A DNA stretch of 39,968 bases from Escherichia phage PH1061. The position numbers and the translations under genes are program-made. The stretch is from sequence record OQ680138.1. The stretch is one strand, 5' to 3'. Position 1 is the stretch's first letter, and each line of letters begins with the position of its first letter. The notes under the pieces were generated by a model. It saw only the letters and a program-made list of their open reading frames with translations. It did no database searches and was not told the DNA's origin. This document shows positions 1 to 8,422 of the stretch, piece by piece.

Positions 1-111
1 ACTCATGGTGACTTCAGTCATCTTCACGCTAACCCACTGATATGCAAGTAATTCTGACTTAACTATCACTATAGGACTCAAGGTCTAAGACTCCAAGTGA
101 AAGACCAAAGA
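1..111. repeat. Window-end overlap: 1..111 is identical to 39858..39968 (circular-permutation or assembly wrap); includes the 3' end of the last early ORF (1..51) and a phage promoter
   Basis: Direct comparison of the first and last lines of the window: actcatggtgacttcag...caagtgaaagaccaaaga is present at both ends. Confidence 0.95.
57..79 (+). promoter_or_regulatory. Phage RNAP promoter, consensus TTAACTATCACTATAGGA, +1 G near 74, upstream of the RNAP gene
   Basis: Matches the 11-copy consensus in the unique genome; duplicate of 39914..39936. Confidence 0.7.
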
Positions 112-148
112 GACTTTAAGTGAAAGACTAATAACAAGGACTTTAAGT

Positions 149-2830
149 ATGAGCGTCATCTCCATTGACAAACACGACTTCTCCGATGTGTCGAACGCCA
201 TTGAGCCGTTTAACCTGCTGGCTGACCACTACGGGCAGGACCTTGCAGTCAAACAGCTTCAGCTTGAGCATGAGGCATACACTGAAGGCGAGCGACGTTT
301 CATCAAGAACCTTGAGCGCCAGACTGAGCGCGGGGAACTGGCAGACAATCAGGTCGCCAAGCCTTTGATGCAGACTCTGGTTCCTAAGATTGCACAAGCC
401 GTCAAGGAGTGGCACGAAGGCCAAGACGGGAAGCTGTCAACCTCTCGTCCGAGCGTAGCGTTCACCATGTTGAGCACTGAAGAGAAGGCCGTAAAGGACC
501 GCTCTCTGCGCATCTCCTGTGAGTCTGCTGCGGTTATCATACTGAAGGTCATCCTCTCCAAGCTGGTCAAGCCTGAAGGGATACCGATTACACCGATGGC
601 CTCAGCGATAGGCCGCACACTTGAGGATGAAATACGCTTCGGTCGCATCCGTGACAAGGAGCAGGAGCACTTCAAGAAGGCGATAGCTGAGAACCTGAAC
701 AAGCGAGCTGGTGCATCCTATAAGAAAGCCTACATGCAAGCGGTCGAGACCTCCATGCTGGAGCAAGGACAATTGGAAGACGCGTGGGGTACTTGGAGTC
801 CGACAGAGGCTGTCCACGTTGGCATCAAGATGCTCGAGATTGTCATCCAGTCAACACAACTGGTCGAGCTTAAGCGGTACGGTGCTGGTAATGCAGCGGC
901 TGACGTAGAGATGGTCCACCTGTCAGACTTCTGGGTCAAGAAGATGGCACAACGTGGATTCAGCCTTGCGGGTATCGCACCAGTTTATCAGCCTTGCGTC
1001 GTTCCTCCTAAGCCGTGGATGGGTGTCGTAGGTGGTGGGTACTGGGCCAAAGGTCGCAGACCGTTACCAATGATTCGCTTAGGGTCCAAGTCTGCGTTGG
1101 CACGTTATGAAGACGTGTACATGCCTGAAGTCTATGACGCTGTTAACATCATCCAGAATACACCTTGGAAAGTGAACAAGAAGGTACTGGACGTGGTGAA
1201 CATGGTCGAGAAGCTGAACAACACGCCTATTGATGACATCCCTCAAATGGAACCACTGAAGCCTGAGGACTATGCAGGTGAGACCGAGGAGGAACTCAAG
1301 GCATGGAAGAAGGCTGCGGCTGGTATCTATCGCCGCGAGAAGGCCAGACAGTCACGCAGGTTGTCACTGAGCTTTATCGTTAACCAAGCGAACAAGTTCT
1401 CTCAGTTCAAGGCCATCTGGTTCCCGTACAACATGGACTGGCGAGGTCGTGTCTACGCTGTACCGATGTTCAACCCTCAGGGTAACGACATGCAGAAGGG
1501 TCTCCTGACTCTGGCAGTCGGCAAGCCCATTGGTGCTGATGGTTTCAAATGGCTGAAGGTCCACGGTGCAAACTGTGCGGGTGTCGATAAAGTCACCTTC
1601 GAGGAGCGCATCAAGTGGGTGGAAGACCACCACGACAACATCATGGCTACTGCTAAGGCACCGATGGACAGCATTGAGTGGTGGGGAAAGTTAGACTCTC
1701 CGTTCTGCTTCCTTGCGTTCTGCTTCGAGTATGCTGGAGTAATGCATCACGGCCTGTCTTACTCATGCTCGCTACCGATAGCGTTCGATGGGTCCTGCTC
1801 TGGGATTCAGCACTTCAGCGCGATGCTGAGGGACCACGTAGGCGGACATGCAGTGAACTTAACGCCGTCTGGTCAGGTGCAGGACATCTACCGTATAGTC
1901 TCAGACCGTGTGTCAGACCAGTTGAAAGAGTTATTACTGAGCGGTACGGACGACGAGCTGGTGACCGTAGAGGACAAGAAGACTGGGGAAATCAGCGAAC
2001 GCCTGAAGCTTGGGACCAAGAGTCTTGCGCGTCAGTGGCTGGCCTACGGTATGTCACGCAAGGTCACTAAGCGTTCTGTCATGACTCTGGCCTATGGGTC
2101 GAAAGAGTACGGCTTCGCAGACCAAGTATACGAGGATATCGTGATGCCAGCGATTGACTCAGGGTCTGGCGCTATGTTCACTGAACCAAGCCAAGCGTCT
2201 CGCTTCATGGCTAAGATGATTTGGGAAGCTGTGAGTGTGACAGTAGTTGCTGCGGTTGACGCGATGAAGTGGCTTCAAGGTGCTGCCAAGTTGCTGGCTG
2301 CTGAAGTGAAGGACAAGAAGACTGGTGAAATCCTGAAGCCTTGCCTTCCGGTACACTGGGTAACACCTGATGGTTTCCCGGTCTGGCAGGAATACCGCAA
2401 GAAGGATACCACACGTTTGAACCTGATGTTCTTAGGGTCATTCAACCTTCAGCCTACAGTCAACAAAGGCACGAAGAAAGAGCTGGACAAGCACAAGCAG
2501 GAGTCAGGAATTAGCCCGAACTTCGTCCACTCACAAGATGGTAGCCACCTCCGCAAGACTGTAGTTCACACGCATCGCAAGTATGGCGTGATGTCATTCG
2601 CAGTGATTCACGATAGCTTCGGGACCATCCCGGCTGACGCTGAGTATCTGTTCCGTGGTGTCCGTGAGACGATGGTAGAGACCTACCGCGACAACGATGT
2701 GCTGCTTGACTTCTACGAGCAGTTTGAATACCAGCTTCACGAGAGCCAGCGCGACAAGTTGCCTGAGCTTCCGAAGAAAGGTAAACTGAATATTGAAGAC
2801 ATCTTGTCTTCAGACTTTGCATTCGCTTAA
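149..2830 (+). CDS. 1: Single-subunit DNA-directed RNA polymerase (T7 gene 1 homolog), 893 aa
   Basis: Near-colinear with T7 RNAP from memory; motifs DGSCSGIQHFSAMLRD, HDSFGT and C-terminal FAFA present. Confidence 0.97.
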   Translation: MSVISIDKHDFSDVSNAIEPFNLLADHYGQDLAVKQLQLEHEAYTEGERRFIKNLERQTERGELADNQVAKPLMQTLVPKIAQAVKEWHEGQDGKLSTSRPSVAFTMLSTEEKAVKDRSLRISCESAAVIILKVILSKLVKPEGIPITPMASAIGRTLEDEIRFGRIRDKEQEHFKKAIAENLNKRAGASYKKAYMQAVETSMLEQGQLEDAWGTWSPTEAVHVGIKMLEIVIQSTQLVELKRYGAGNAAADVEMVHLSDFWVKKMAQRGFSLAGIAPVYQPCVVPPKPWMGVVGGGYWAKGRRPLPMIRLGSKSALARYEDVYMPEVYDAVNIIQNTPWKVNKKVLDVVNMVEKLNNTPIDDIPQMEPLKPEDYAGETEEELKAWKKAAAGIYRREKARQSRRLSLSFIVNQANKFSQFKAIWFPYNMDWRGRVYAVPMFNPQGNDMQKGLLTLAVGKPIGADGFKWLKVHGANCAGVDKVTFEERIKWVEDHHDNIMATAKAPMDSIEWWGKLDSPFCFLAFCFEYAGVMHHGLSYSCSLPIAFDGSCSGIQHFSAMLRDHVGGHAVNLTPSGQVQDIYRIVSDRVSDQLKELLLSGTDDELVTVEDKKTGEISERLKLGTKSLARQWLAYGMSRKVTKRSVMTLAYGSKEYGFADQVYEDIVMPAIDSGSGAMFTEPSQASRFMAKMIWEAVSVTVVAAVDAMKWLQGAAKLLAAEVKDKKTGEILKPCLPVHWVTPDGFPVWQEYRKKDTTRLNLMFLGSFNLQPTVNKGTKKELDKHKQESGISPNFVHSQDGSHLRKTVVHTHRKYGVMSFAVIHDSFGTIPADAEYLFRGVRETMVETYRDNDVLLDFYEQFEYQLHESQRDKLPELPKKGKLNIEDILSSDFAFA

Positions 2831-2845
2831 CAGGAGAAGAAGTAT

Positions 2846-3076
2846 ATGTCAATGAAACTTGTAGCACACAATAGAGTATTCAACGATGGGTCGGGAACTT
2901 GCCATGTAGAGCTGACTTATAAGGATTTAGTCATTCTCCGAGACAGATTACAAGCTGGTGTGACCGGGTGGATTCAACCTAACGAGTACAGCCTTATAGC
3001 CTCGATTGATGAAGTGCTTAAAGCGTGGATGGAAGACGAGCGCACTCAATATCCGTCATTCCCTATTATTAGATAA
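2846..3076 (+). CDS. Hypothetical protein, 76 aa, between gene 1 and gene 1.1 (no T7 counterpart recalled)
   Basis: ORF with RBS AGGAGAAGAAGTAT before ATG; tightly packed after RNAP. Confidence 0.6.
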   Translation: MSMKLVAHNRVFNDGSGTCHVELTYKDLVILRDRLQAGVTGWIQPNEYSLIASIDEVLKAWMEDERTQYPSFPIIR

Positions 3077-3086
3077 GGAGAGAGTT

Positions 3087-3302
3087 ATGAAATTTGCACA
3101 CAAGCAGGCTGGCGTTAAGGGCGGGACTCAGATCGTGACCGTAACAGAACACAACGGAAAGGGTCTGGTGAAGACCACGGTCATTCCTACCGAAATGTCA
3201 AAGCAGCTTAACGTCCCATTCAAGACCCTCGTCTATCTTGTGGAATCCAGCCACGAGAAATACCTGAAAGACGTAGTGTCAAAGCTGGAGCAGACCAAAT
3301 GA
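3087..3302 (+). CDS. Hypothetical protein, 71 aa
   Basis: Internal ATG of track ORF 3006..3302 preceded by RBS AAGGAGAGAGTT; the upstream part of the track ORF overlaps the previous gene. Confidence 0.55.
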   Translation: MKFAHKQAGVKGGTQIVTVTEHNGKGLVKTTVIPTEMSKQLNVPFKTLVYLVESSHEKYLKDVVSKLEQTK

Positions 3303-3376
3303 CAGACCTCCAGTTACTGGCCTTGTGGCTGGGAGCACTCGCAGTATTCACTTTAATCCAACGCAGAAGAGGTTAA
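3299..3376 (+). CDS. Possible small hydrophobic peptide (25 aa, MTDLQLLALWLGALAVFTLIQRRRG)
   Basis: ATGA start-stop overlap with the preceding ORF; single predicted TM helix; below the track size cutoff. Confidence 0.3.
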   Translation: MTDLQLLALWLGALAVFTLIQRRRG

Positions 3377-3399
3377 CCTAAACTATCACTATAGGATTA
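3377..3399 (+). promoter_or_regulatory. Phage RNAP promoter (phi1.1-like), CTAAACTATCACTATAGGA, +1 near 3394
   Basis: Consensus match. Confidence 0.8.
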
Positions 3400-3404
3400 G
3401 ACTC

Positions 3405-3431
3405 AAGGTCATGACTCAAAGTCGTGGCCTT
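3405..3431 (+). promoter_or_regulatory. RNase III-type processing hairpin (R1.1-like): 11-bp stem AAGGUCAUGAC / GUCGUGGCCUU, 5-nt loop
   Basis: Stem-loop read from sequence; paralogous to hairpins at 11404 and 34622 with compensatory changes; position matches T7 R1.1. Confidence 0.65.
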
Positions 3432-3473
3432 CATGATTAACCCTATAACCTAAACAACTGGAGATTTAACCAC

Positions 3474-3653
3474 ATGTATCAGAACACTATCAACTTAGAG
3501 CGCATCCGTGAACGTCAGCAGACTGAAGATTACATTCCTAAGGGCCGAAAGCTGAACAAGACCAAGCGTGGCGGTGGTGTCAAGGGTGCTTTCCGTAATG
3601 CTGAAGGCAAAGACTCTATGGTCAACCAAGAGAAATACTTCGTAGGAGCATAA
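3474..3653 (+). CDS. 1.1: Gene 1.1-like small basic protein, 59 aa
   Basis: KGRKLNKTKR motif matches T7 gp1.1 as recalled; RBS GGAG upstream; below track cutoff. Confidence 0.7.
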   Translation: MYQNTINLERIRERQQTEDYIPKGRKLNKTKRGGGVKGAFRNAEGKDSMVNQEKYFVGA

Positions 3654-3657
3654 CGCT

Positions 3658-3915
3658 ATGGGCCGACTTTATAGTGGCAACCTAAACGCTTTCAAAGCAG
3701 CGTGGAACAGGCTCTATCAGTTAGACTTCTGCGTGATACAGCAGGATTGGTACGATGCGCATCTTCGGAAAGAGTGCATGAGACTTCAAGTCGAGGACCG
3801 AGCTGGTAACATCTTCGCGCTTAAGACCTTCGCACACCGCGATGAAGACGTACTGTACAACACTGCAACAGGCTTCCTTAACTGTCTCGCTAACCAACTA
3901 GACACATGGAGATAA
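3658..3915 (+). CDS. 1.2: Gene 1.2 protein (inhibitor of host dGTP triphosphohydrolase), 85 aa
   Basis: N-terminus MGRLYSGNLNAFKAA matches T7 gp1.2; same length as T7 (85 aa). Confidence 0.85.
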   Translation: MGRLYSGNLNAFKAAWNRLYQLDFCVIQQDWYDAHLRKECMRLQVEDRAGNIFALKTFAHRDEDVLYNTATGFLNCLANQLDTWR

Positions 3916-3919
3916 CACA

Positions 3920-4942
3920 ATGACAACTATTAAAACTAACCCGCACCGCGCTGTAGATTACTCTGAGTCTGGTATTAAGAAGGCTCTGGAAGCTGCCGGG
4001 TCTCTAGAAGCTGAAGTGAAGTACGATGGTGTACGGTTGAACCTCCCGGTGCTTCGAGAGGGTGAGACCTATTGGTTAAGCCGTGAGTCTAAACCACTGC
4101 CAGCACTTGAGTGGATGAACTCTGAGTTAGGCAATGCGTGGACTCAGGCTGACTGGAGGTGGTTCCTTCGTCAAGCTGGCTATGAAGGTATCGGCCTTAT
4201 GATTGACGGCGAGGTCATGGTCAAAGGTGTTGACTTTAATACGTCCTCAGGTCTCATCCGAACGAAGTGGCTCAAGCCTAACAACGAGGAGTTCGCTGAA
4301 TGCTATCCGGGCCGTGGCAAGAAGGTCCCGTTCTGGGTAGCCAGGTCACGACTTCAGGTTGTGGTATATGGCGTTGTCGATATGACAACCATAGCAGACC
4401 CGAAAGCCGAAGGTCCTATCCATAGCGTCACACGCCTGAAGGCCGAAGCTATCGTCCCTCTCCTCCAGAAATACTTCCCGGAAATCGACTGGGTATTATC
4501 TGAGAGTCATACAGTGTTTAGCTTAGACGAGCTTACTGACTTGTATGAGAAGAAGAGAGAAGAGGGCCATGAGGGTCTGGTGGTTAAAGACCCACTTGGA
4601 CGCTGGAAGCGTGGCAAGAAGTCAGGTATGTTCAAGATGAAACCAAGCGAAGAGGCGGACGGTCACGTTGTGCGCCCTGTGTGGGGTACGGATGGCCTAG
4701 CCAACGAAGGCATGGTCATCGGATTTGACGTGATGCTCGAGAACGGGATGGAGGTCTCCGCAACTAACATTAGTCGCGCCCTTATGTCTGAGTTCACCGA
4801 AAACGTTAAGTCCGACCCTGATTATTATAAAGGCTGGGCCTGCCAGATTACCTACATGGAGGAGACACCAAGTGGCTTACTACGGCATCCCTCGTTCGAC
4901 CGGTGGCGTGGAACTGAGGACGACCCTACGGTCAAGATTTAA
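3920..4942 (+). CDS. 1.3: ATP-dependent DNA ligase, 340 aa
   Basis: Adenylation motif KYDGVR (EVKYDGVRLN); position after gene 1.2 as in T7. Confidence 0.9.
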   Translation: MTTIKTNPHRAVDYSESGIKKALEAAGSLEAEVKYDGVRLNLPVLREGETYWLSRESKPLPALEWMNSELGNAWTQADWRWFLRQAGYEGIGLMIDGEVMVKGVDFNTSSGLIRTKWLKPNNEEFAECYPGRGKKVPFWVARSRLQVVVYGVVDMTTIADPKAEGPIHSVTRLKAEAIVPLLQKYFPEIDWVLSESHTVFSLDELTDLYEKKREEGHEGLVVKDPLGRWKRGKKSGMFKMKPSEEADGHVVRPVWGTDGLANEGMVIGFDVMLENGMEVSATNISRALMSEFTENVKSDPDYYKGWACQITYMEETPSGLLRHPSFDRWRGTEDDPTVKI

Positions 4943-4952
4943 AGCAGACAGG

Positions 4953-5333
4953 ATGGCTCCCTCTGGAGTCTCCAACCTAAACGGTAGACATCTTGGTTAT
5001 AGACGAAAGGATGGGTACTGGATTCTAAGTACGACAAAGGGCCAACTGCTGGCCCACCGAGTAGTCTGGGAACTAACCCACGGCCAGATACCAGAAGGGA
5101 TGGTGATTGATCATATCAACCGGGACCCTTCGGATAACAGGATTGAGAACCTCAGGTGTGTGACTCAGGCGGTGAACCTCACTAACGTTCCAACCCGTAG
5201 TCACTGCCAATCTGGAGAGAAATACGTTCAATACCAGAAATCAACTGGTCGCTGGCAACTGAGGATAAAGCGTAAGTCATACGGTACGTTCGATACCATA
5301 GCCGAGGCGGTAGCCTTAAGAGATTCATTATAA
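4953..5333 (+). CDS. HNH homing endonuclease with C-terminal AP2-type DNA-binding domain
   Basis: Motif DHINRDPSDNRIENLR followed by an AP2-like segment GEKYVQYQKSTGRWQLRIKRKSYGTFDTIAEAVALRD; start set at the first ATG after the ligase stop (track ORF begins inside ligase). Confidence 0.8.
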   Translation: MAPSGVSNLNGRHLGYRRKDGYWILSTTKGQLLAHRVVWELTHGQIPEGMVIDHINRDPSDNRIENLRCVTQAVNLTNVPTRSHCQSGEKYVQYQKSTGRWQLRIKRKSYGTFDTIAEAVALRDSL

Positions 5334-5339
5334 CGTCAA

Positions 5340-5378
5340 CCCAGTGGTCTCATGACTGCTGGGTTTCTCTGCTTTGTG
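5340..5378 (+). terminator. Rho-independent terminator (early terminator TE analog): 10-bp stem CCCAGUGGUC / GACUGCUGGG, loop UCAU, then U-rich tail
   Basis: Read from sequence; located after ligase/HNH as T7 TE follows gene 1.3. Confidence 0.65.
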
Positions 5379-5411
5379 CTATCAATCTATCATCTGGGCC
5401 ACCAGGCTGAC

Positions 5412-5434
5412 CCTAAGCTATCACTATAGGACAA
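5412..5434 (+). promoter_or_regulatory. Phage RNAP promoter variant, TAAGCTATCACTATAGGA, +1 near 5429
   Basis: One mismatch to consensus at about -13. Confidence 0.7.
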
Positions 5435-5462
5435 CCATAACTTCGACCTAAGGAGGCCGACC

Positions 5463-5723
5463 ATGTTTAAGAACTTAATGTTCAATCGTTATACCAGTAC
5501 ATTCCACCTGTCTCACAACCCGTTCGCTTGCATTAAGCGCAACGAGAAGCTGGGCTACTTCGGGAAGGCCGTTAAGCTGTCACCTACAGTCTTCGCTCTG
5601 ATTACTCCGGGTAAAGCTGAAGAGGCTAGCCAGAAGCGTGAGACCAACGTACCTGTGGTCTACACCAAGTGGCCTCGTGTTCGCCTGTTCATTGAGTTCG
5701 TGAAGGAGGTGGTCAATGCTTAA
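5463..5723 (+). CDS. Hypothetical protein, 86 aa (gene 1.6 position)
   Basis: ORF with RBS AAGGAGG; positional analogy only. Confidence 0.6.
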   Translation: MFKNLMFNRYTSTFHLSHNPFACIKRNEKLGYFGKAVKLSPTVFALITPGKAEEASQKRETNVPVVYTKWPRVRLFIEFVKEVVNA

Positions 5724-6159
5724 GGTTGGGGATACAGTTGAATATGTTGGACCTGTTAAAGCCTACATGGGACTCTCCTGTGGCAAGGTGATTATGGTTA
5801 GAATGGGGCACATAGTTGTTGTTAAGTGGCCCTGTTCACCTGAACCAGTCATTCACTCCTCTAGTGCCTTAAGTATTACCAATCAGGAGCAGGCTGAGAC
5901 GCCAACCATAGGTCAGGAAGACAGCGTCCGTAAGCCGTCACACTATCAGGTCTTTGACGGTGTGGAATCCATTGGGATTATCGCTCGGTCCATGACTGTC
6001 AGTGAGTTCCGTGGTTTCTGCATGGGTAACGTCCTGAAGTATCGACTCCGAGCTGGTAAGAAGTCAGAGCTGGCGACTATGGAGAAGGACCTGAACAAAG
6101 CAGCCTTCTATCAGGAGCTGTTCGACCTGCATAAAGGTAAGTGCTATGACTCCAAGTAG
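5716..6159 (+). CDS. 1.7: Gene 1.7-like protein (T7 gp1.7 nucleotide kinase family), 147 aa, with a divergent N-terminal part
   Basis: C-terminal KPSHYQVFDGVESIGIIARSMTVSEFRGFCMGNVLKYRLRAGKKSELATMEKDLNKAAFYQELF matches the T7 gp1.7 C-terminus as recalled. Confidence 0.75.
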   Translation: MLKVGDTVEYVGPVKAYMGLSCGKVIMVRMGHIVVVKWPCSPEPVIHSSSALSITNQEQAETPTIGQEDSVRKPSHYQVFDGVESIGIIARSMTVSEFRGFCMGNVLKYRLRAGKKSELATMEKDLNKAAFYQELFDLHKGKCYDSK

Positions 6160-6237
6160 CTGGTGCTTTAGACAGTGGGTCTCAACCGGGAATGTGGACT
6201 ACCTGTCCATGTACCATATGTGGAAGGAGAAAGGACT

Positions 6238-6396
6238 ATGAGCCTTGAAGAGAAGAAATACATCGTGGAGCTTGAGGGTCGCGTTCAGTCCTTCGAGGTT
6301 CCGGTGTACGCAAAGTCTCTTGAAGAGGCTACCCTGAAGTCCCAAGAGTATGAGGACGCTGGGTTTGTGGTCGGACGAATCCGTCCTGAGACCTAA
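6238..6396 (+). CDS. 2: Gp2-like inhibitor of host RNA polymerase, 52 aa
   Basis: [14 protein letters not shown] matches T7 gp2 SFEVPIYAETLDEA; strong RBS GGAAGGAGAAAGGACT; the track ORF's GTG start at 6175 is less likely. Confidence 0.8.
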   Translation: MSLEEKKYIVELEGRVQSFEVPVYAKSLEEATLKSQEYEDAGFVVGRIRPET

Positions 6397-6414
6397 ACTA
6401 TCACTGTAGGACAG
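6392..6414 (+). promoter_or_regulatory. Phage RNAP promoter variant (phi2.5-like), CTAAACTATCACTGTAGGA, +1 near 6409
   Basis: One mismatch (-3 A to G); overlaps the gp2 stop codon. Confidence 0.65.
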
Positions 6415-6453
6415 ACGTCCAGTTCGTAACTTTAAATTAGGAGATTTACACCA

Positions 6454-7152
6454 ATGGCTAAAGAGCAACTGAAGACTTTCACCACCCCGGTAGCTGGTAC
6501 CGTTGAGCCTTACGCATGGCTGAACAAAGCAGATACCAAGTTTAACGAGCGTGGTGAGCATAAGGTTAACCTGACTTTCAGTCTGGGTGACCCGAAGGTC
6601 CGTAAGATGATTGATGTCTTACAGAAGATTCACGACGATGCGTATGCGAAAGCACTCGCAGACCACGAGAAGAACCCACCTAAGGTTCAGCGTGGCAAGA
6701 AGCCTATTGAACCACGAGAAGGCGACATGCCGTGGATTGAGAATGGTGACGGTACTGTTACCCTGAAGTTTAAATGCTTCGCGTCTTACCTGAAGGATGG
6801 TAAGTCAGAGCCTATCGTATTACGGTTCTACGACACCGATGCTAAGTTAATCAGTGACGTCCCGAATATTGGCGCTGGCTCAAAGCTGAAGGTCAAGTTT
6901 AAAGTCGTGCCGTTCAAGTGGAACGCTGCGACTGGTGCAAGCGTTAAGCTCCAGCTTGAGTCCTGCCTTCTGGTAGAACTGAAGGAATGGAAAGGTGATG
7001 GTGCTGGTGGAGATGGTGGCTGGGGCGATGATGAAGACCTCGGTACTGGCTACAAAGCGTCAACCGATGGTGACTTCGGGTCTGGTGACTTCGGTGACGA
7101 TGGTTCCGAAGGTGGTGATGGCTCTAACTCTGGTGGCGATTACGACTTCTAA
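6454..7152 (+). CDS. 2.5: Single-stranded DNA-binding protein, 232 aa, acidic C-terminus ending DF
   Basis: Same length as T7 gp2.5; conserved blocks PKVQRGKKPIEPREGDMPW and GASVKLQLES; acidic tail with terminal Phe. Confidence 0.93.
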   Translation: MAKEQLKTFTTPVAGTVEPYAWLNKADTKFNERGEHKVNLTFSLGDPKVRKMIDVLQKIHDDAYAKALADHEKNPPKVQRGKKPIEPREGDMPWIENGDGTVTLKFKCFASYLKDGKSEPIVLRFYDTDAKLISDVPNIGAGSKLKVKFKVVPFKWNAATGASVKLQLESCLLVELKEWKGDGAGGDGGWGDDEDLGTGYKASTDGDFGSGDFGDDGSEGGDGSNSGGDYDF

Positions 7153-7604
7153 TGGCCCAATGGTCTGCAAAACGGGGGCACTCTGTGGGTGCCTACCGCT
7201 CTGGACTTGAAGCCAAGAACCAGCAGTGGCTGGAACAGAACGGCGTCAAAGCGGAGTACGAAAGCCATTATATCAACTATGTGATTCCGGCTTCCGACCA
7301 CAAGTACACACCAGATTTTATCCTTCCTAACGGTATCATCGTAGAGACCAAAGGTATCTTCGATAGTGATGACCGTAAGAAGCACCTTCTGATACGAGAA
7401 CAGCACCCAGAGTTAGACATCCGGTTCGTGTTCTCAAGTTCCCGCTCAAAGTTATACAAAGGGTCTCCGACCACGTATGGCGCATGGTGCGAAAAGAACG
7501 GCTATAAGTATGCCGATAAGTTCATCCCGGTTGAGTGGCTGCGAGAGGCGACTGTACGTCTGCCTTCAGGCCTACTCATTCCCAAGAAGAAAGGAGTTAA
7601 GTAA
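7152..7604 (+). CDS. 3: Endonuclease I (Holliday junction resolvase), 150 aa
   Basis: Colinear with T7 gp3 (149 aa) from memory; YTPDFILPNGIIVETKG block. Confidence 0.88.
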   Translation: MAQWSAKRGHSVGAYRSGLEAKNQQWLEQNGVKAEYESHYINYVIPASDHKYTPDFILPNGIIVETKGIFDSDDRKKHLLIREQHPELDIRFVFSSSRSKLYKGSPTTYGAWCEKNGYKYADKFIPVEWLREATVRLPSGLLIPKKKGVK

Positions 7605-8059
7605 TGACTACCTGTAAAGACCTTGAAGTTGGAACACGTTACAGATTCTCAAAGAACACCCTGCTGAATAATCCCCAATTCACTGATGCTGTTTTCGAAA
7701 AGCGAGAAGACCATAGCGTAATTGTGGAGAAGGGGTGGCATCCTGAGGATTACATCGGTGAGACTACCAGCTGGAATGGTCACGAGACCTACAGTGTAGA
7801 AGTTGTTGAACAGCCTCAGGTCCTTCCAGCTTCAAGTGTCCCTCCTGTCACCGTTAAACGTGAAGTCCTGACCATCAACAAGATTGGTGTAGGTCAGACG
7901 TTCATCGTCCACGGTAAGCCTGACGAAGTGTACGTGAAGATTAGCAACTCTCACGTCTTCAACCACAAGCGACTCCAGATGCACACGACTGACGCACAGC
8001 GCTTCCAGTCACATCTGAATCTGGTGGTAGTAGAACTAGTTGTTTATAATGGAAAGTGA
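7604..8059 (+). CDS. Hypothetical protein, 151 aa, between endonuclease I and lysozyme (no T7 counterpart)
   Basis: ORF with ATGA-type coupling to gene 3 and RBS AAAGGAG; no recognisable motif. Confidence 0.6.
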   Translation: MTTCKDLEVGTRYRFSKNTLLNNPQFTDAVFEKREDHSVIVEKGWHPEDYIGETTSWNGHETYSVEVVEQPQVLPASSVPPVTVKREVLTINKIGVGQTFIVHGKPDEVYVKISNSHVFNHKRLQMHTTDAQRFQSHLNLVVVELVVYNGK

Positions 8060-8420
8060 CTGCATCGAGTGGGCTAAGAGTCGCAATAAGGATGGCTATG
8101 GTAGACGTAAATTCCGTGGTCAATCTATGGGTGCTCATAGAGCAGCTTGGATAGAGACCAATGGTGCTATACCGGGAGGTCTTGTCGTAAGACACAAGTG
8201 TGATAACCGTGCATGCGTAAACATTGAGCACCTTGAGTTGGGGACTCAGGCAGAAAACATGATGGACTGCTCAGTACGCAGGACATTTAATTCAAAACTA
8301 ACTGAAGATGACGTTGAGGATATTCGCACCTCAAGCGAGACCCTTAAGTTTATGGCTGAAAAATACTCAGTAAGTGAGACAACCATAAGTCGAATCAGGA
8401 ACCACAAGAGGTGGAAATAA
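8049..8420 (+). CDS. HNH homing endonuclease (family B), about 123 aa
   Basis: Motif RHKCDNRACVNIEHLELGTQAEN; lower GC than surroundings; paralog of 26877..27326. Confidence 0.8.
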   Translation: MESDCIEWAKSRNKDGYGRRKFRGQSMGAHRAAWIETNGAIPGGLVVRHKCDNRACVNIEHLELGTQAENMMDCSVRRTFNSKLTEDDVEDIRTSSETLKFMAEKYSVSETTISRIRNHKRWK

Positions 8421-8422
8421 TA

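Noticed and set aside
1678-2070. Alternative-frame + strand ORFs inside large genes (for example 1678..2070 in RNAP, 21940..22188 in gp12, 27474..27728 and 30888..31166 in gp16, 32383..32616 in gp17)
   Set aside because: Out-of-frame overlaps within conserved genes without RBS; the only embedded gene accepted is the Rz1-like lipoprotein (34812..35087), which has a lipobox and T7 similarity.
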